Below, piece after piece: positions 11,830-21,016 of a stretch of DNA of 64,000 nucleotides. The DNA is from Strigamia acuminata. Its lineage: Eukaryota. Under the pieces are notes generated by a model that worked only from the letters and a program-made list of their open reading frames with translations, made no database searches and was not told the origin of the DNA. Location of the stretch: NCBI GenBank assembly GCA_949358305.1, contig OX442314.1:23994001-24058000 (forward strand). Direction: 5' to 3'. Position numbers and translations under genes: made by a program. Each line of letters opens with the position of its first letter. Positions within the stretch are counted from its first letter, which is position 1.

Positions 11830-12561
11830 GTTGGTTTCGATATTCGTTGAATAATATAATGCGCCTAAGTTTGGTGGAGGTAATGCTTATATAAATATAC
11901 AAAACAACTAATACGTTTGGCAAACGATACTCACAATTATCAAGCGCAACAACACGAACGCGCACAGAACGAAACAAACAACGAGGACTAAAGAATATTC
12001 CCAGGAATGTAACGAGTCGTAAAACTTTGCTTCGAGAAGCTTCGATGAACGATTGAAAACTCGCACATGTAATAAAGTCGGGTTCGAGGTTAAACACTAA
12101 CTAATTGCAATTGAAGGGCGACATTCAGTGTTGGAATTCGGAAGTTAACGAAGGTTGTCTTCGCTCAAAACTCTTGTTTTAAAGTGATTAAATAAGGATG
12201 GTGAGATAAACAAGTAATAATTCAGAACACAGAATATTAATTTAAATAAAGTGCGCATAAATTATATTAATTGAATAATTTAAATGAATTGTGGAAATAG
12301 CCACGTGCTATTGTTAGAGATTAATTGGCGTCGCGCACTCTGGTGACGGACATAGTCCCTGATTGAAATGGACTTAGTTATTTTCCAGTCGCGAGTGAAT
12401 GTAAACATGAAACACATAACACAAAACATTAAATATAAAATATGAAGGAAATATAAAATAACATAAAACATAAAAATTAAGATGAATAAATTTAGAATGA
12501 AAGGAAAAATAGTTTTTAAACAAAATAGGTAGTAAAGATAGATTTACACCGGATTACACCG

Positions 12562-12563
<2 letters not shown>

Positions 12564-12611
<48 letters not shown>
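12564..12611 (-). repeat. 48-nt poly(A) tract on the element sense strand between pol and ORF3
   Basis: T48 run on the plus strand, starting 17 nt after the pol stop. Confidence 0.9.
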
Positions 12612-12615
<4 letters not shown>

Positions 12616-12627
12616 AATCAAAGAAAA

Positions 12628-15600
12628 TTACTTAAATGAAAGAAAATAGGCAGAAAAAATATCCAAAGTGTTGACAGCAAAAACTTCAACATGTTTATCA
12701 ATAATTTCAACGTCTTTTAAAGTTAAAAAGTTGGCCTCGGCAAAAAACCAATGTCGCAATTCCACGACATTATAAGGCTGGGTTTTTTGGCCGTTTTCAT
12801 CCATTAGGATTACTGTATTGGGGCCCACCAATCTATGTATAATATATACACCTTCAGTACGCTGGCGTAAACCTGCTGCGAATTGCTTATCGGCAGATGA
12901 AGGTTGCCGATTGCGCAAAGTTACCCAGTCGCCAGGACGGAAGTCATGGGGGCGCCGTTTTAAATCGAACCATTTTTTGTGTCGAATTTGGGACTCGCGC
13001 AAGTTGTTAATCGCGCTTTCTCGCATTCTACGCATGTGTTCGTGCAAATTCTCAGCTTCCACGGGCGGTAACGGTTCTCCGTCATCCGTGTCGCTATCCA
13101 GGTCGCCCGGAAATCGAGCTTCCTGGCCTGTTACCATTTTAAAGGGTGAATACTTTAAAGAAATTTGATACGCTGAATTAATCGCGAGCACGAAATAGCC
13201 AATGTTGACATCCCATCTAGTATGGTCATCATCAATATATGCTAATATACAGTTCTTTAATGATTGGTTAAGCCTTTCCGCAATATTACCTTGCGGGTGA
13301 TATGCGGCGGTATATCTATTTATTGCGCCAAGTTGCTGAATTTGGCTACGAAACTCTGGTGAGCGAAAAGCAGGCGCATTATCGCTAATAATTATCTTGG
13401 GAAAACCCCATCTTTTGCAGAATTTCTGAATTTGTTTCACCGTAGTGGCTATATTTGAGTTTTCGGTTAGACGTACGTCTAACCATCGGCTAGCAGAGTC
13501 GACCATCACAAAGGCATAGCAATGTCCCTCTGTGGATCGAGGTTTCTTGCCGTAATAGTCGATGTAGATAGCAGAGAAAAGATGACGCGATCTGGACATT
13601 ATCATTTTTCCATATGGGAGCCTGTTAAGGGGTTTAGCTCTTTGACACGCTTCGCAAACCTGTATCCATATTCGAATATCTTCGCGCATTTTTGGCCAAA
13701 ATACGCGCGATTTAATGCGATGGAGTGTTCGTTCTTGCCCCATATGCCCAACTACGGGTGGATAGTGCATTGCGCGGAAATATCTTTCTCTAAGTTCAAA
13801 TGGGAGATATATTTGGCGCCTCTTTCTGATTTCATTAATATGGACAGGAGGGAAGCGACATAACATCTCTTTATACATGCCGAAATCTTGCGCGTCAGCC
13901 ACAATTTTCGCAGCCTCATCCGGATCAAGTGGTAACATTTGGGCAGTTAAATAAAATATCAACTCACGCGACCAGGGGTCCTGTCTTTGCGCAGCAATGA
14001 TTTCAGCAGCAGTAGGCAACAGTTCGAACGGAGGATGTTCAATTGGTGGATCGTGCTCCAATTCGGCTTGCTTCTCTGCTTCAGTCCTCAAATCTTCAAT
14101 TACTGTCCTTTCCCGTCGCGGACGCAATCTCGATGGAGTTCTTCGCGCTGATGTTGGAGGCGCATAATAACTCCTTGTCGGTGGCGACATATCACGAATG
14201 GGTCCAAAACTGTCCTCAGACGAGGTGGAATCAGAATCCGGGTCTGAAGTATATCCTTCGGGCCTTTGCTGTCCTGATGGTCCCGCCGCATCATCATACA
14301 TTACCGGCTCAGAAGGTTGACGCGGAGAAATAACAGGAAAATCAGTGATAGGAATTGAAGGAGTTGGGGAAGGAGTTGGTAAATTTGGAATTTCAGGAGA
14401 AGGTTTTGGAATAGGCCTTCGATGGCTATCAGATTGAATAATTGGTGCAGGAACTCCAGTGATTCGACGGAAATTTCGTCGTATTTTATCCACCAAAGTT
14501 CCAGGTGTTGGCAATTGTGATGGCGCCGAAGCAGTCTTTTGTCTAAAACTAGATGGATTTATTGGCGCAGGAATTCTGGTTGGAATAATTGCCGAAGGAG
14601 GAATGGAACTAGGAATAGGAGTGGATATTGGAGTTGCAGGAGGGGTAGGAATAGGTAAAGGTGGTGGAATTAAAACTGATTTAGGTTTAGGTTTCACCAC
14701 ATGGGAAGGAATAGCGGATTTACGTCGCACTGCCTTCAACCTTCCTACTTGCTGTGATTTCAATAACTTTGGAAATGTCCACTTTTTAATAGTTCCCGCA
14801 TACCTGGGTGGTAGCCATGGTGGTGTTTTAGGAATCAAAGATGGATCCTTTAATCTAGCTCGAGTTCGTGTGGCTATTGCCCGTTTAGCACGAGGAGATA
14901 AAATTGGCACAATATTAATTTTACGTGGTCTTCCTCGTTTCTTTATCAGAATTGGGATTAAAGAGCGCTGTCGACGAGTTCGCAAAGGCACTGAAACACG
15001 AACTGGTGATGAATTAGGAGTTTTTACTTGTGAGGTTGGTTGCGCAACTGGAACTGATGCATTTGGTGTTGCAGTTGGTTGCACAACTGGGGCTGGTGCA
15101 GCCGGAGGGATTGTAACCGGCGGTGCCCTCGTTGGAGGAGCAGCCACGCCAGCAGAAGATGGAATTTGCGCACCTGAAGTCGGCGCATTTCCAATCACCT
15201 TCCTTGTACCAGTTGGTCGAGGAATAAGAGATTTTTTCTTATTTTTCTTCTTAGTCGGTGAAGATGCTGCAATGAGAGGCACTTTTTTAAATTTAGATTT
15301 AAATAACTTTCGAAACTGCAAATTAATGTCTTTTGGCAATTCCTTGATGATATTAAGTGCAGGCCACTCGTTACAATCATCAAAATAGGCAAGGTAGCAC
15401 GCCTCGTCGACCTCCGGGCTGTCATCCTCATCGTCGACTTCAGGTGGGTCGACAGGAGCTCGACTCAGTGCATCCGCTACCTTATTTTTGCATCCTGAGC
15501 AGTGCAAAAACGTGAACTTATAATCACTTAACGATAATACCCAACGGGCTAAACGTCCAGTTGGTTCCCTTTGCTGAAATAACCACTTAAGAGATTGATG

Positions 15601-18273
15601 GTCGCTCTCGAGGTAGAATGGCATCATCTCGAGGTATGCGCGAAAGCGTTTGACACCCCAAACCGCGGCCAAACATTCGATTTCAGTTACTTTATAGTTC
15701 TTTTCAGCGCTGTTTAATGCGCGAGAGGCAAATGCGATTGGAATTCTCACACCTTCATCATTAAGTTGCATTAAAGCAGCACCTAATCCAGAATAACTAG
15801 CATCGGTCTGCAATATAAATGGTTTTTTCCAACTGGGAAAACGTCTTTTCAGTGTTGGTATCGCAATCTGGTCTTTCAGATATTCGAATGCTAATTGCTG
15901 CGCATCTGTCCAAATCCAACTTGCGTCCTTTTTAAGCAATGGTCGGAAAACTTCGCTAATTTTGGAAAAATTTGCAATGAATGATTGGTAATAACCTACC
16001 ATGCCTTTAAATCGTTGTAATTCGCGCAAACTGGTTGGCGCGGGATAATTTTGAATAGCCACCACTTTCTTTGGATTTGGTGTAATCTGGCCAGATTCCA
16101 CGATGTGTCCCAAAACCTCGAGTCTTTTTTGACAAAGCTCAGTTTTGTTGGCGTTCATGGTGAATCCAGCGTTGAACAATTCCTCTAAAACGAGGCGCAA
16201 ATGTTGCACGTGTTCCTCGAAAGTTCGGCTAAAAATAATCACGTCATCAATATACACAAATACAAATTTGTAAAGATATTTCGCAAGAGTCTTATTCATC
16301 GCTCGTTGGAGGGTAGCGGGTCCGTTGATAGGTCCGAAAGGCATGCGCACATATTCGAATAAACCTCGATGTGTTATAAAAGCTAAATACCGTTCGTCAC
16401 CTTTGCGCACGCCGATCTGATGGAAAGCTTCGCGTCCGTCGATTATCGAAAACCAATGCGCACCTCCCAAATATGCAAAGATGTTATCAATGTCCGGAAG
16501 GGGGTAAACGTCCGGAATTGTTTGCGCATTAATGGGGCGAAAATCCATAGCAGTTCTCCATTCGCCTGTCTTCTTGGGTACGACGACCGGAGCAACGGCG
16601 CAATCACTTTGGGATCGCCGAATAATACCTTGCTGCAGCTTTTTGTCGATATATTTATCAATTATCGCCTTTTTCGCAGGGTTTACCGGGCGCACAGGGA
16701 CATGAATTGGACGAAAATCCGGTTTCAGGTTCACCTCGTACTCGGTGTTATTACATAAACCAATTTCTTCGCGAAAGATTTGCGAAACGGGCTGCAATGT
16801 TTTAATTAATAGTTTTATCTGCGACACTGTTAATTGGTTCCACAACTGGTGGTAAATCCAATCTAAATCGGTCGGATCTCCACTAGGTTGGTACTGCAAA
16901 AAATTAATGTCATTAATGTTCTTTTTAGAGTTATTCCCACCATTGTCAGGTTGCGCAATCGAAAAGATGTTGATTTTCGACTCCTTCTTGGCATTGATGT
17001 CTTTAGCACGTTGCGCAACGAGTTGTTTGGCAATTGGACGAATAACATTGATTTTTCGTCGTAAACGTCGTAAGCGTCGAAACTGACTCAAAGTTAATTT
17101 ACGTGAAATTGTCTTTTTTAAATTGGAGGAAATTTTAGAAGTTTCTTTCCTCTTTGGGGACCAAATATTCGACCATTTGCGTTGCGCACGATGTCGAACT
17201 TGTTTAACTCGATACTGCGCATCGTCATGTGGATACTCGAATATTTCTTGTTGCAAGGGTCTATGCGCCAGGAGGAGGCAGTTAATTTCACTCACCGGAT
17301 CCGGTTTCCTTAGTATTTTCGTCGGAACGATCTCACTAATGGCCGCCGGTGGGTTGGATGGATCCTGCGTTTCTTCTGGCGCAAACGGCAAAATCAGAAT
17401 TGACTCTGACTTTTTTGCTTCTTCATAAGTCATGAATTTGCGAATCTCATTTGAGCCCACCATGCTCCACTGCTGTCTCGCATGGTCGATGTCGATTCCG
17501 GCCGCTGTGCAGAAATCACGTCCAAGGAGCATATCCATTTTGGCATCGGGTAAAACCATGCAAATGAATTTTATTATGCCGATTGGGGCGCGCAAAGCGA
17601 GCTGCATCGACTTGGTGGAATCTACTATGTCACCAGACGCGACCTGCACCCGCTCATGGAGATTCACGAAGTCTAAACCCATTTTTTCGTGTAGTTGTTG
17701 AAACACGTCTTCACTCATTACACACGTTTGTGCGCCTGAGTCCAGAAGCGCAGTACAAGCTACATTAGCCCAGGAAATCTTTACGCAAGGTGCTTTTTTG
17801 CACAAACGATCCCCGCGCGTTATCTCAATGATGGGTTCTTGAGTTTCTTTAAGTTCCTCTGGCGTTAACATTACGAAAGATACCTTCATAGGAGAGATCA
17901 CTTCCTTTGGAGCCTCAGTCGTTGTTGCACTGGAAGTAGACTTAATTATTGGTAAAGTTTTAGTAATTTTACTCACTATTGTCACTTTCGGGTTTTTCTT
18001 CGAAATTACAGGTTGCAAATCTGTTAATTTCGGCAATTCGTCCTTTACAGCTTCAGGAACGGCAGTCTGCAGATCTGACGCCTTTGTAGCTGATGTGATG
18101 ATGGAAGATGATGAAGAAATAACACTACTTACAGGTTTATACTCTGAAAGAGTAATAACAGTAGGAGATGTTGTTGAATTAACCTGTGAAGGATTGTCCT
18201 CTTTCAAGTTAATTAAAGGTGAAGCGCGTCGTTTGGATTTCAGACGTTTTGCGCGAAGGGCCGGTCGACTCAT
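12628..18273 (-). CDS. pol: Gypsy Pol polyprotein (aspartic protease, RT, RNase H, long low-complexity insert, integrase)
   Basis: ALLDSGA protease; RMPFG and YIDD RT motifs; LQTDAS...DHQSL...VADALSR RNase H; HYPPVVGH...CEAC zinc finger; SDNAP...GNIAER integrase core. Confidence 0.97.
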   Translation of the reverse strand: MSRPALRAKRLKSKRRASPLINLKEDNPSQVNSTTSPTVITLSEYKPVSSVISSSSSIITSATKASDLQTAVPEAVKDELPKLTDLQPVISKKNPKVTIVSKITKTLPIIKSTSSATTTEAPKEVISPMKVSFVMLTPEELKETQEPIIEITRGDRLCKKAPCVKISWANVACTALLDSGAQTCVMSEDVFQQLHEKMGLDFVNLHERVQVASGDIVDSTKSMQLALRAPIGIIKFICMVLPDAKMDMLLGRDFCTAAGIDIDHARQQWSMVGSNEIRKFMTYEEAKKSESILILPFAPEETQDPSNPPAAISEIVPTKILRKPDPVSEINCLLLAHRPLQQEIFEYPHDDAQYRVKQVRHRAQRKWSNIWSPKRKETSKISSNLKKTISRKLTLSQFRRLRRLRRKINVIRPIAKQLVAQRAKDINAKKESKINIFSIAQPDNGGNNSKKNINDINFLQYQPSGDPTDLDWIYHQLWNQLTVSQIKLLIKTLQPVSQIFREEIGLCNNTEYEVNLKPDFRPIHVPVRPVNPAKKAIIDKYIDKKLQQGIIRRSQSDCAVAPVVVPKKTGEWRTAMDFRPINAQTIPDVYPLPDIDNIFAYLGGAHWFSIIDGREAFHQIGVRKGDERYLAFITHRGLFEYVRMPFGPINGPATLQRAMNKTLAKYLYKFVFVYIDDVIIFSRTFEEHVQHLRLVLEELFNAGFTMNANKTELCQKRLEVLGHIVESGQITPNPKKVVAIQNYPAPTSLRELQRFKGMVGYYQSFIANFSKISEVFRPLLKKDASWIWTDAQQLAFEYLKDQIAIPTLKRRFPSWKKPFILQTDASYSGLGAALMQLNDEGVRIPIAFASRALNSAEKNYKVTEIECLAAVWGVKRFRAYLEMMPFYLESDHQSLKWLFQQREPTGRLARWVLSLSDYKFTFLHCSGCKNKVADALSRAPVDPPEVDDEDDSPEVDEACYLAYFDDCNEWPALNIIKELPKDINLQFRKLFKSKFKKVPLIAASSPTKKKNKKKSLIPRPTGTRKVIGNAPTSGAQIPSSAGVAAPPTRAPPVTIPPAAPAPVVQPTATPNASVPVAQPTSQVKTPNSSPVRVSVPLRTRRQRSLIPILIKKRGRPRKINIVPILSPRAKRAIATRTRARLKDPSLIPKTPPWLPPRYAGTIKKWTFPKLLKSQQVGRLKAVRRKSAIPSHVVKPKPKSVLIPPPLPIPTPPATPISTPIPSSIPPSAIIPTRIPAPINPSSFRQKTASAPSQLPTPGTLVDKIRRNFRRITGVPAPIIQSDSHRRPIPKPSPEIPNLPTPSPTPSIPITDFPVISPRQPSEPVMYDDAAGPSGQQRPEGYTSDPDSDSTSSEDSFGPIRDMSPPTRSYYAPPTSARRTPSRLRPRRERTVIEDLRTEAEKQAELEHDPPIEHPPFELLPTAAEIIAAQRQDPWSRELIFYLTAQMLPLDPDEAAKIVADAQDFGMYKEMLCRFPPVHINEIRKRRQIYLPFELRERYFRAMHYPPVVGHMGQERTLHRIKSRVFWPKMREDIRIWIQVCEACQRAKPLNRLPYGKMIMSRSRHLFSAIYIDYYGKKPRSTEGHCYAFVMVDSASRWLDVRLTENSNIATTVKQIQKFCKRWGFPKIIISDNAPAFRSPEFRSQIQQLGAINRYTAAYHPQGNIAERLNQSLKNCILAYIDDDHTRWDVNIGYFVLAINSAYQISLKYSPFKMVTGQEARFPGDLDSDTDDGEPLPPVEAENLHEHMRRMRESAINNLRESQIRHKKWFDLKRRPHDFRPGDWVTLRNRQPSSADKQFAAGLRQRTEGVYIIHRLVGPNTVILMDENGQKTQPYNVVELRHWFFAEANFLTLKDVEIIDKHVEVFAVNTLDIFSAYFLSFK

Positions 18274-20240
18274 TTGCGGCCTGGTTCCACCGGCTTCCCG
18301 AACTTCAGGCCTTCGGAGTTTTCCGGTCTCCTAAATGGCTGGTAACATATAGGGCACAACGGATGCCAAGTTGCTGAATCGACCAAATACCACCAATCCT
18401 TCGGTGTTTTCCTCCAGGCTGTACCTTTCTCAGGATTTTTGACAGTTAATGGTGGTTTTGGCGCTGGTGGAAATGTAACAATTGATGTAGAGCACACATG
18501 GTCCTTTGGGACGTCCGCTGGAGGCGTCAGAGTAGCTAAATTTATTTTAATTGTTGCCTTCTGAGCCGCCTCGGCGACTGTGCTCTTCTTAATTTCAGGT
18601 TCAGCATCCGTGTCACTACTGCTGCTACTCGAGTCAGGTTCCTGCGCAGATGGAGATTGTTCTGGTCTCGCCTGCACTGCAGCTAACTCGATTAAGAATT
18701 GTTTTCGATACCTCGCAAAACGCTTGACGTCCTGGGACACGAGAGATTTGACATCATCGTCTCCTTTGGACTTCTCCGCAGCCTTGAGCACTGTGGGGCG
18801 TTGCGCATCACGCAGAGAGGGCATTCGTTGATCAGCCATACCCAGATCTTTGTATTCGTCTGCTCGAATGGTGTCCAGCTGTAGACGATTGTCGATGTCG
18901 TTACCTCTTTGGATCGCCTCGTCCAGCGAGTTTACGTTCCATGCGCGTAAGAGATGAACAACCTCGGTTTGCATCATGTTCTGAGCTTTCTCCCATTGGA
19001 GCTCTGGGTCGGTATATCCTGCAACTTGAAGATAATACACAATCTCACTTAAAAATGACATTGTAGATTCTCCATTTCGTTGCTTTCGCTTGGATAGCTT
19101 CACATTGGCCGCTGCCGAATTCATGGCGAAAGCTCGTCGAAATAATATCTCAAAGTCCTCCCATGTTTTTGGTTTTGGTTTTAGTGATAACCACCATCGC
19201 TGCGCTCTTCCACGCGTTGCTTGAATGACAAATACTTTTAAATATTCATCCACCGGGGCCTGCATAGAATACATGTGCGCGTACAAATGCGCAAGAAAAA
19301 GATTAATGTAATCAAGATCGGCTTTATCTGGATCAAACAAAGGTGGTTTTCCAGGCTTGAAACAATTTTTATCTTTACTTGTATGTTGCGCTCTTACTGA
19401 CGGCAGTGACAACTTTGCCTTGGTGTCGGATCTGTCCCGAGGATATCCCATCTTGGAGTATAGCATCGAGCTCATTAAATCTCGATTTGCTCGTGTTGAA
19501 TGGTCCAAATGAGCAGATTCCTGCGATGGAGCCTGGGTGTAGATCGTTGCCATCGCCGGCATTGGCGGCGTGGTTGTTGTGTAAACAATTTGCGCAGCCC
19601 GCGCGGATGTTCTCGTCTGCTGGCCTCGATGTTCAACTTCCCGATGCTGGTGCAGACGTGCTGTGAGAAGTCCTAAATCATATGGTGCCGAGGTGCCTTT
19701 AACTCTTATGGAGCCATGCGAGGATCCACCGTCTAGAGACCGTGCGGTCCCTGTTCGTAGAGAGCGAGGGCCTTGTTGGAATATTTCGCGAATCTCATTT
19801 ACTAGACCTCGTGTTTGAGCATAGTATTGGTTGCGCAAGTCGGACATCAGCAAACCTTCCGTATTTAATGTGACGGGGTCTACTAAAGCTCTAGGCTGAG
19901 TCGAATCGAAAAAAGATGGCGCCGCCAAAAAGTCAGCGGGTGTGGACGTGGCAAAATTTACTTGAGGTTGCGCTCGTGAATTTGCAACAGCCATTGTCGT
20001 GATATGATTTGATGGGGCTGGCTGTTGTTGCGCAATACTCACAAGCGTTTCCTGTTGTTCAATACGACTTCTTCGTAATTGGTCGTGTTGCTGCCACTCT
20101 CGAAATTCCCTTTCTTCTTCCCGGCGAACACCACTCCTCCGTTCGGACTGTTGCCATTCCTGCTCCATTTCTAGCTCACTGAAATCAAATGGATCGCGCG
20201 TGACGGGACGAATTCCGTCACCTCCCAACTGTCTCGACAT
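18270..20240 (-). CDS. gag: Gypsy Gag (capsid-like) protein, 656 aa
   Basis: First ORF after the PBS; retrotransposon-gag-like GRAQRWW...TWEDFEILFRRAF...RKQRNGES; overlaps pol in the -1 frame. Confidence 0.92.
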   Translation of the reverse strand: MSRQLGGDGIRPVTRDPFDFSELEMEQEWQQSERRSGVRREEEREFREWQQHDQLRRSRIEQQETLVSIAQQQPAPSNHITTMAVANSRAQPQVNFATSTPADFLAAPSFFDSTQPRALVDPVTLNTEGLLMSDLRNQYYAQTRGLVNEIREIFQQGPRSLRTGTARSLDGGSSHGSIRVKGTSAPYDLGLLTARLHQHREVEHRGQQTRTSARAAQIVYTTTTPPMPAMATIYTQAPSQESAHLDHSTRANRDLMSSMLYSKMGYPRDRSDTKAKLSLPSVRAQHTSKDKNCFKPGKPPLFDPDKADLDYINLFLAHLYAHMYSMQAPVDEYLKVFVIQATRGRAQRWWLSLKPKPKTWEDFEILFRRAFAMNSAAANVKLSKRKQRNGESTMSFLSEIVYYLQVAGYTDPELQWEKAQNMMQTEVVHLLRAWNVNSLDEAIQRGNDIDNRLQLDTIRADEYKDLGMADQRMPSLRDAQRPTVLKAAEKSKGDDDVKSLVSQDVKRFARYRKQFLIELAAVQARPEQSPSAQEPDSSSSSSDTDAEPEIKKSTVAEAAQKATIKINLATLTPPADVPKDHVCSTSIVTFPPAPKPPLTVKNPEKGTAWRKTPKDWWYLVDSATWHPLCPICYQPFRRPENSEGLKFGKPVEPGRK

Positions 20241-20319
20241 GATGAAGAAAATGTGAAATGATTAAATAAATAACTCAAAAAACTAACCTTTTCGCGCGTT
20301 TAAGCCTTATAGGTGAGAG

Positions 20320-20340
20320 CGAATCCTGTCAGGCTCGCCA
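20320..20340 (-). other. Primer binding site, complementary to a tRNA-Arg-like 3' end
   Basis: TGGCGAGCCTGACAGGATTCG located 4 nt after the 5' LTR; its complement CGAAUCCUGUCAGGCUCGCCA resembles the T-arm and acceptor stem of metazoan tRNA-Arg(ACG). Confidence 0.8.
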
Positions 20341-20344
20341 TGTT

Positions 20345-21016
20345 TGTTACGAATCAACTTAGATGTTTAATTGATTTGATCTGAATTTACGCGCAAAGTG
20401 ATGTTAGCGCAAATCAGCGGGCAAAGTTCGTAGATTTACTCTGTTTGTGCCATCGTCATATGCGGATATCGGACGGTGAATAAACCTAACTCGCTGTAAC
20501 ACACATTATTTATATTCGACGGGCTCAATCTCACGTTGTGGGTCTTTACGTTTAAAAAGAATGAGTATGCGCAGTGATATTCGTATGCGGGTGGGCGTAG
20601 GATGTCACAGGCATGCGAAGGGATAAAAGGTGGGCAAAAAGAGGCGCTATTAAGTGTTAAATTAGAAGGGGCGCGTGTTAAAGCGCAAAATAAAGATTGA
20701 CAAACTCAATTCAATCTAAGAGGTGTTAACTCGTTGAAAGAGATATGAGAAGTGTGTATTATAGATAAAAGTAGCGACCAGGTAAACATGAGTCATGTGA
20801 CCAGGTCGATTGGAGTGGGTGAGGGGGTGGAAGGTATAAAATAAGGTTAATTGTTGGAAATAATAAGATGCGCGCAATGAAGCTGCGCATATATTTAGAG
20901 ATGATTCATCGATGTTAGATGAAAAGAAAGATTGGGAAAAAATAAGAAAACTTAAGATTGGGTTAGTCTAAGTTAGAAATGAATAAAAAAGAAGGGTGGG
21001 TAACCTGCCCGTGACA
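20345..21016 (-). repeat. 5' LTR of the Gypsy element
   Basis: Direct repeat of 6522-7193; followed on the minus strand by PBS and gag. Confidence 0.97.

Larger units (their letters stand above)
6522..21016 (-). mobile_element. Full-length Ty3/Gypsy LTR retrotransposon, 14,495 bp, three long ORFs
   Basis: Two 672-bp TG...CA LTRs, 4-bp TSD TTCT (6518-6521 and 21017-21020), PBS, PPT, gag, pol with PR-RT-RH-IN order, plus an extra ORF. Confidence 0.97.

Noticed and set aside
14459..15388. 309-aa plus-strand ORF (and 184-aa ORF at 10247-10801)
   Set aside because: Antisense shadows of low-complexity Pro/Thr-rich coding regions of pol and ORF3; no independent motifs
20320..20340. tRNA gene
   Set aside because: Only about 21 nt matching a tRNA 3' end including CCA, next to the LTR; this is the PBS
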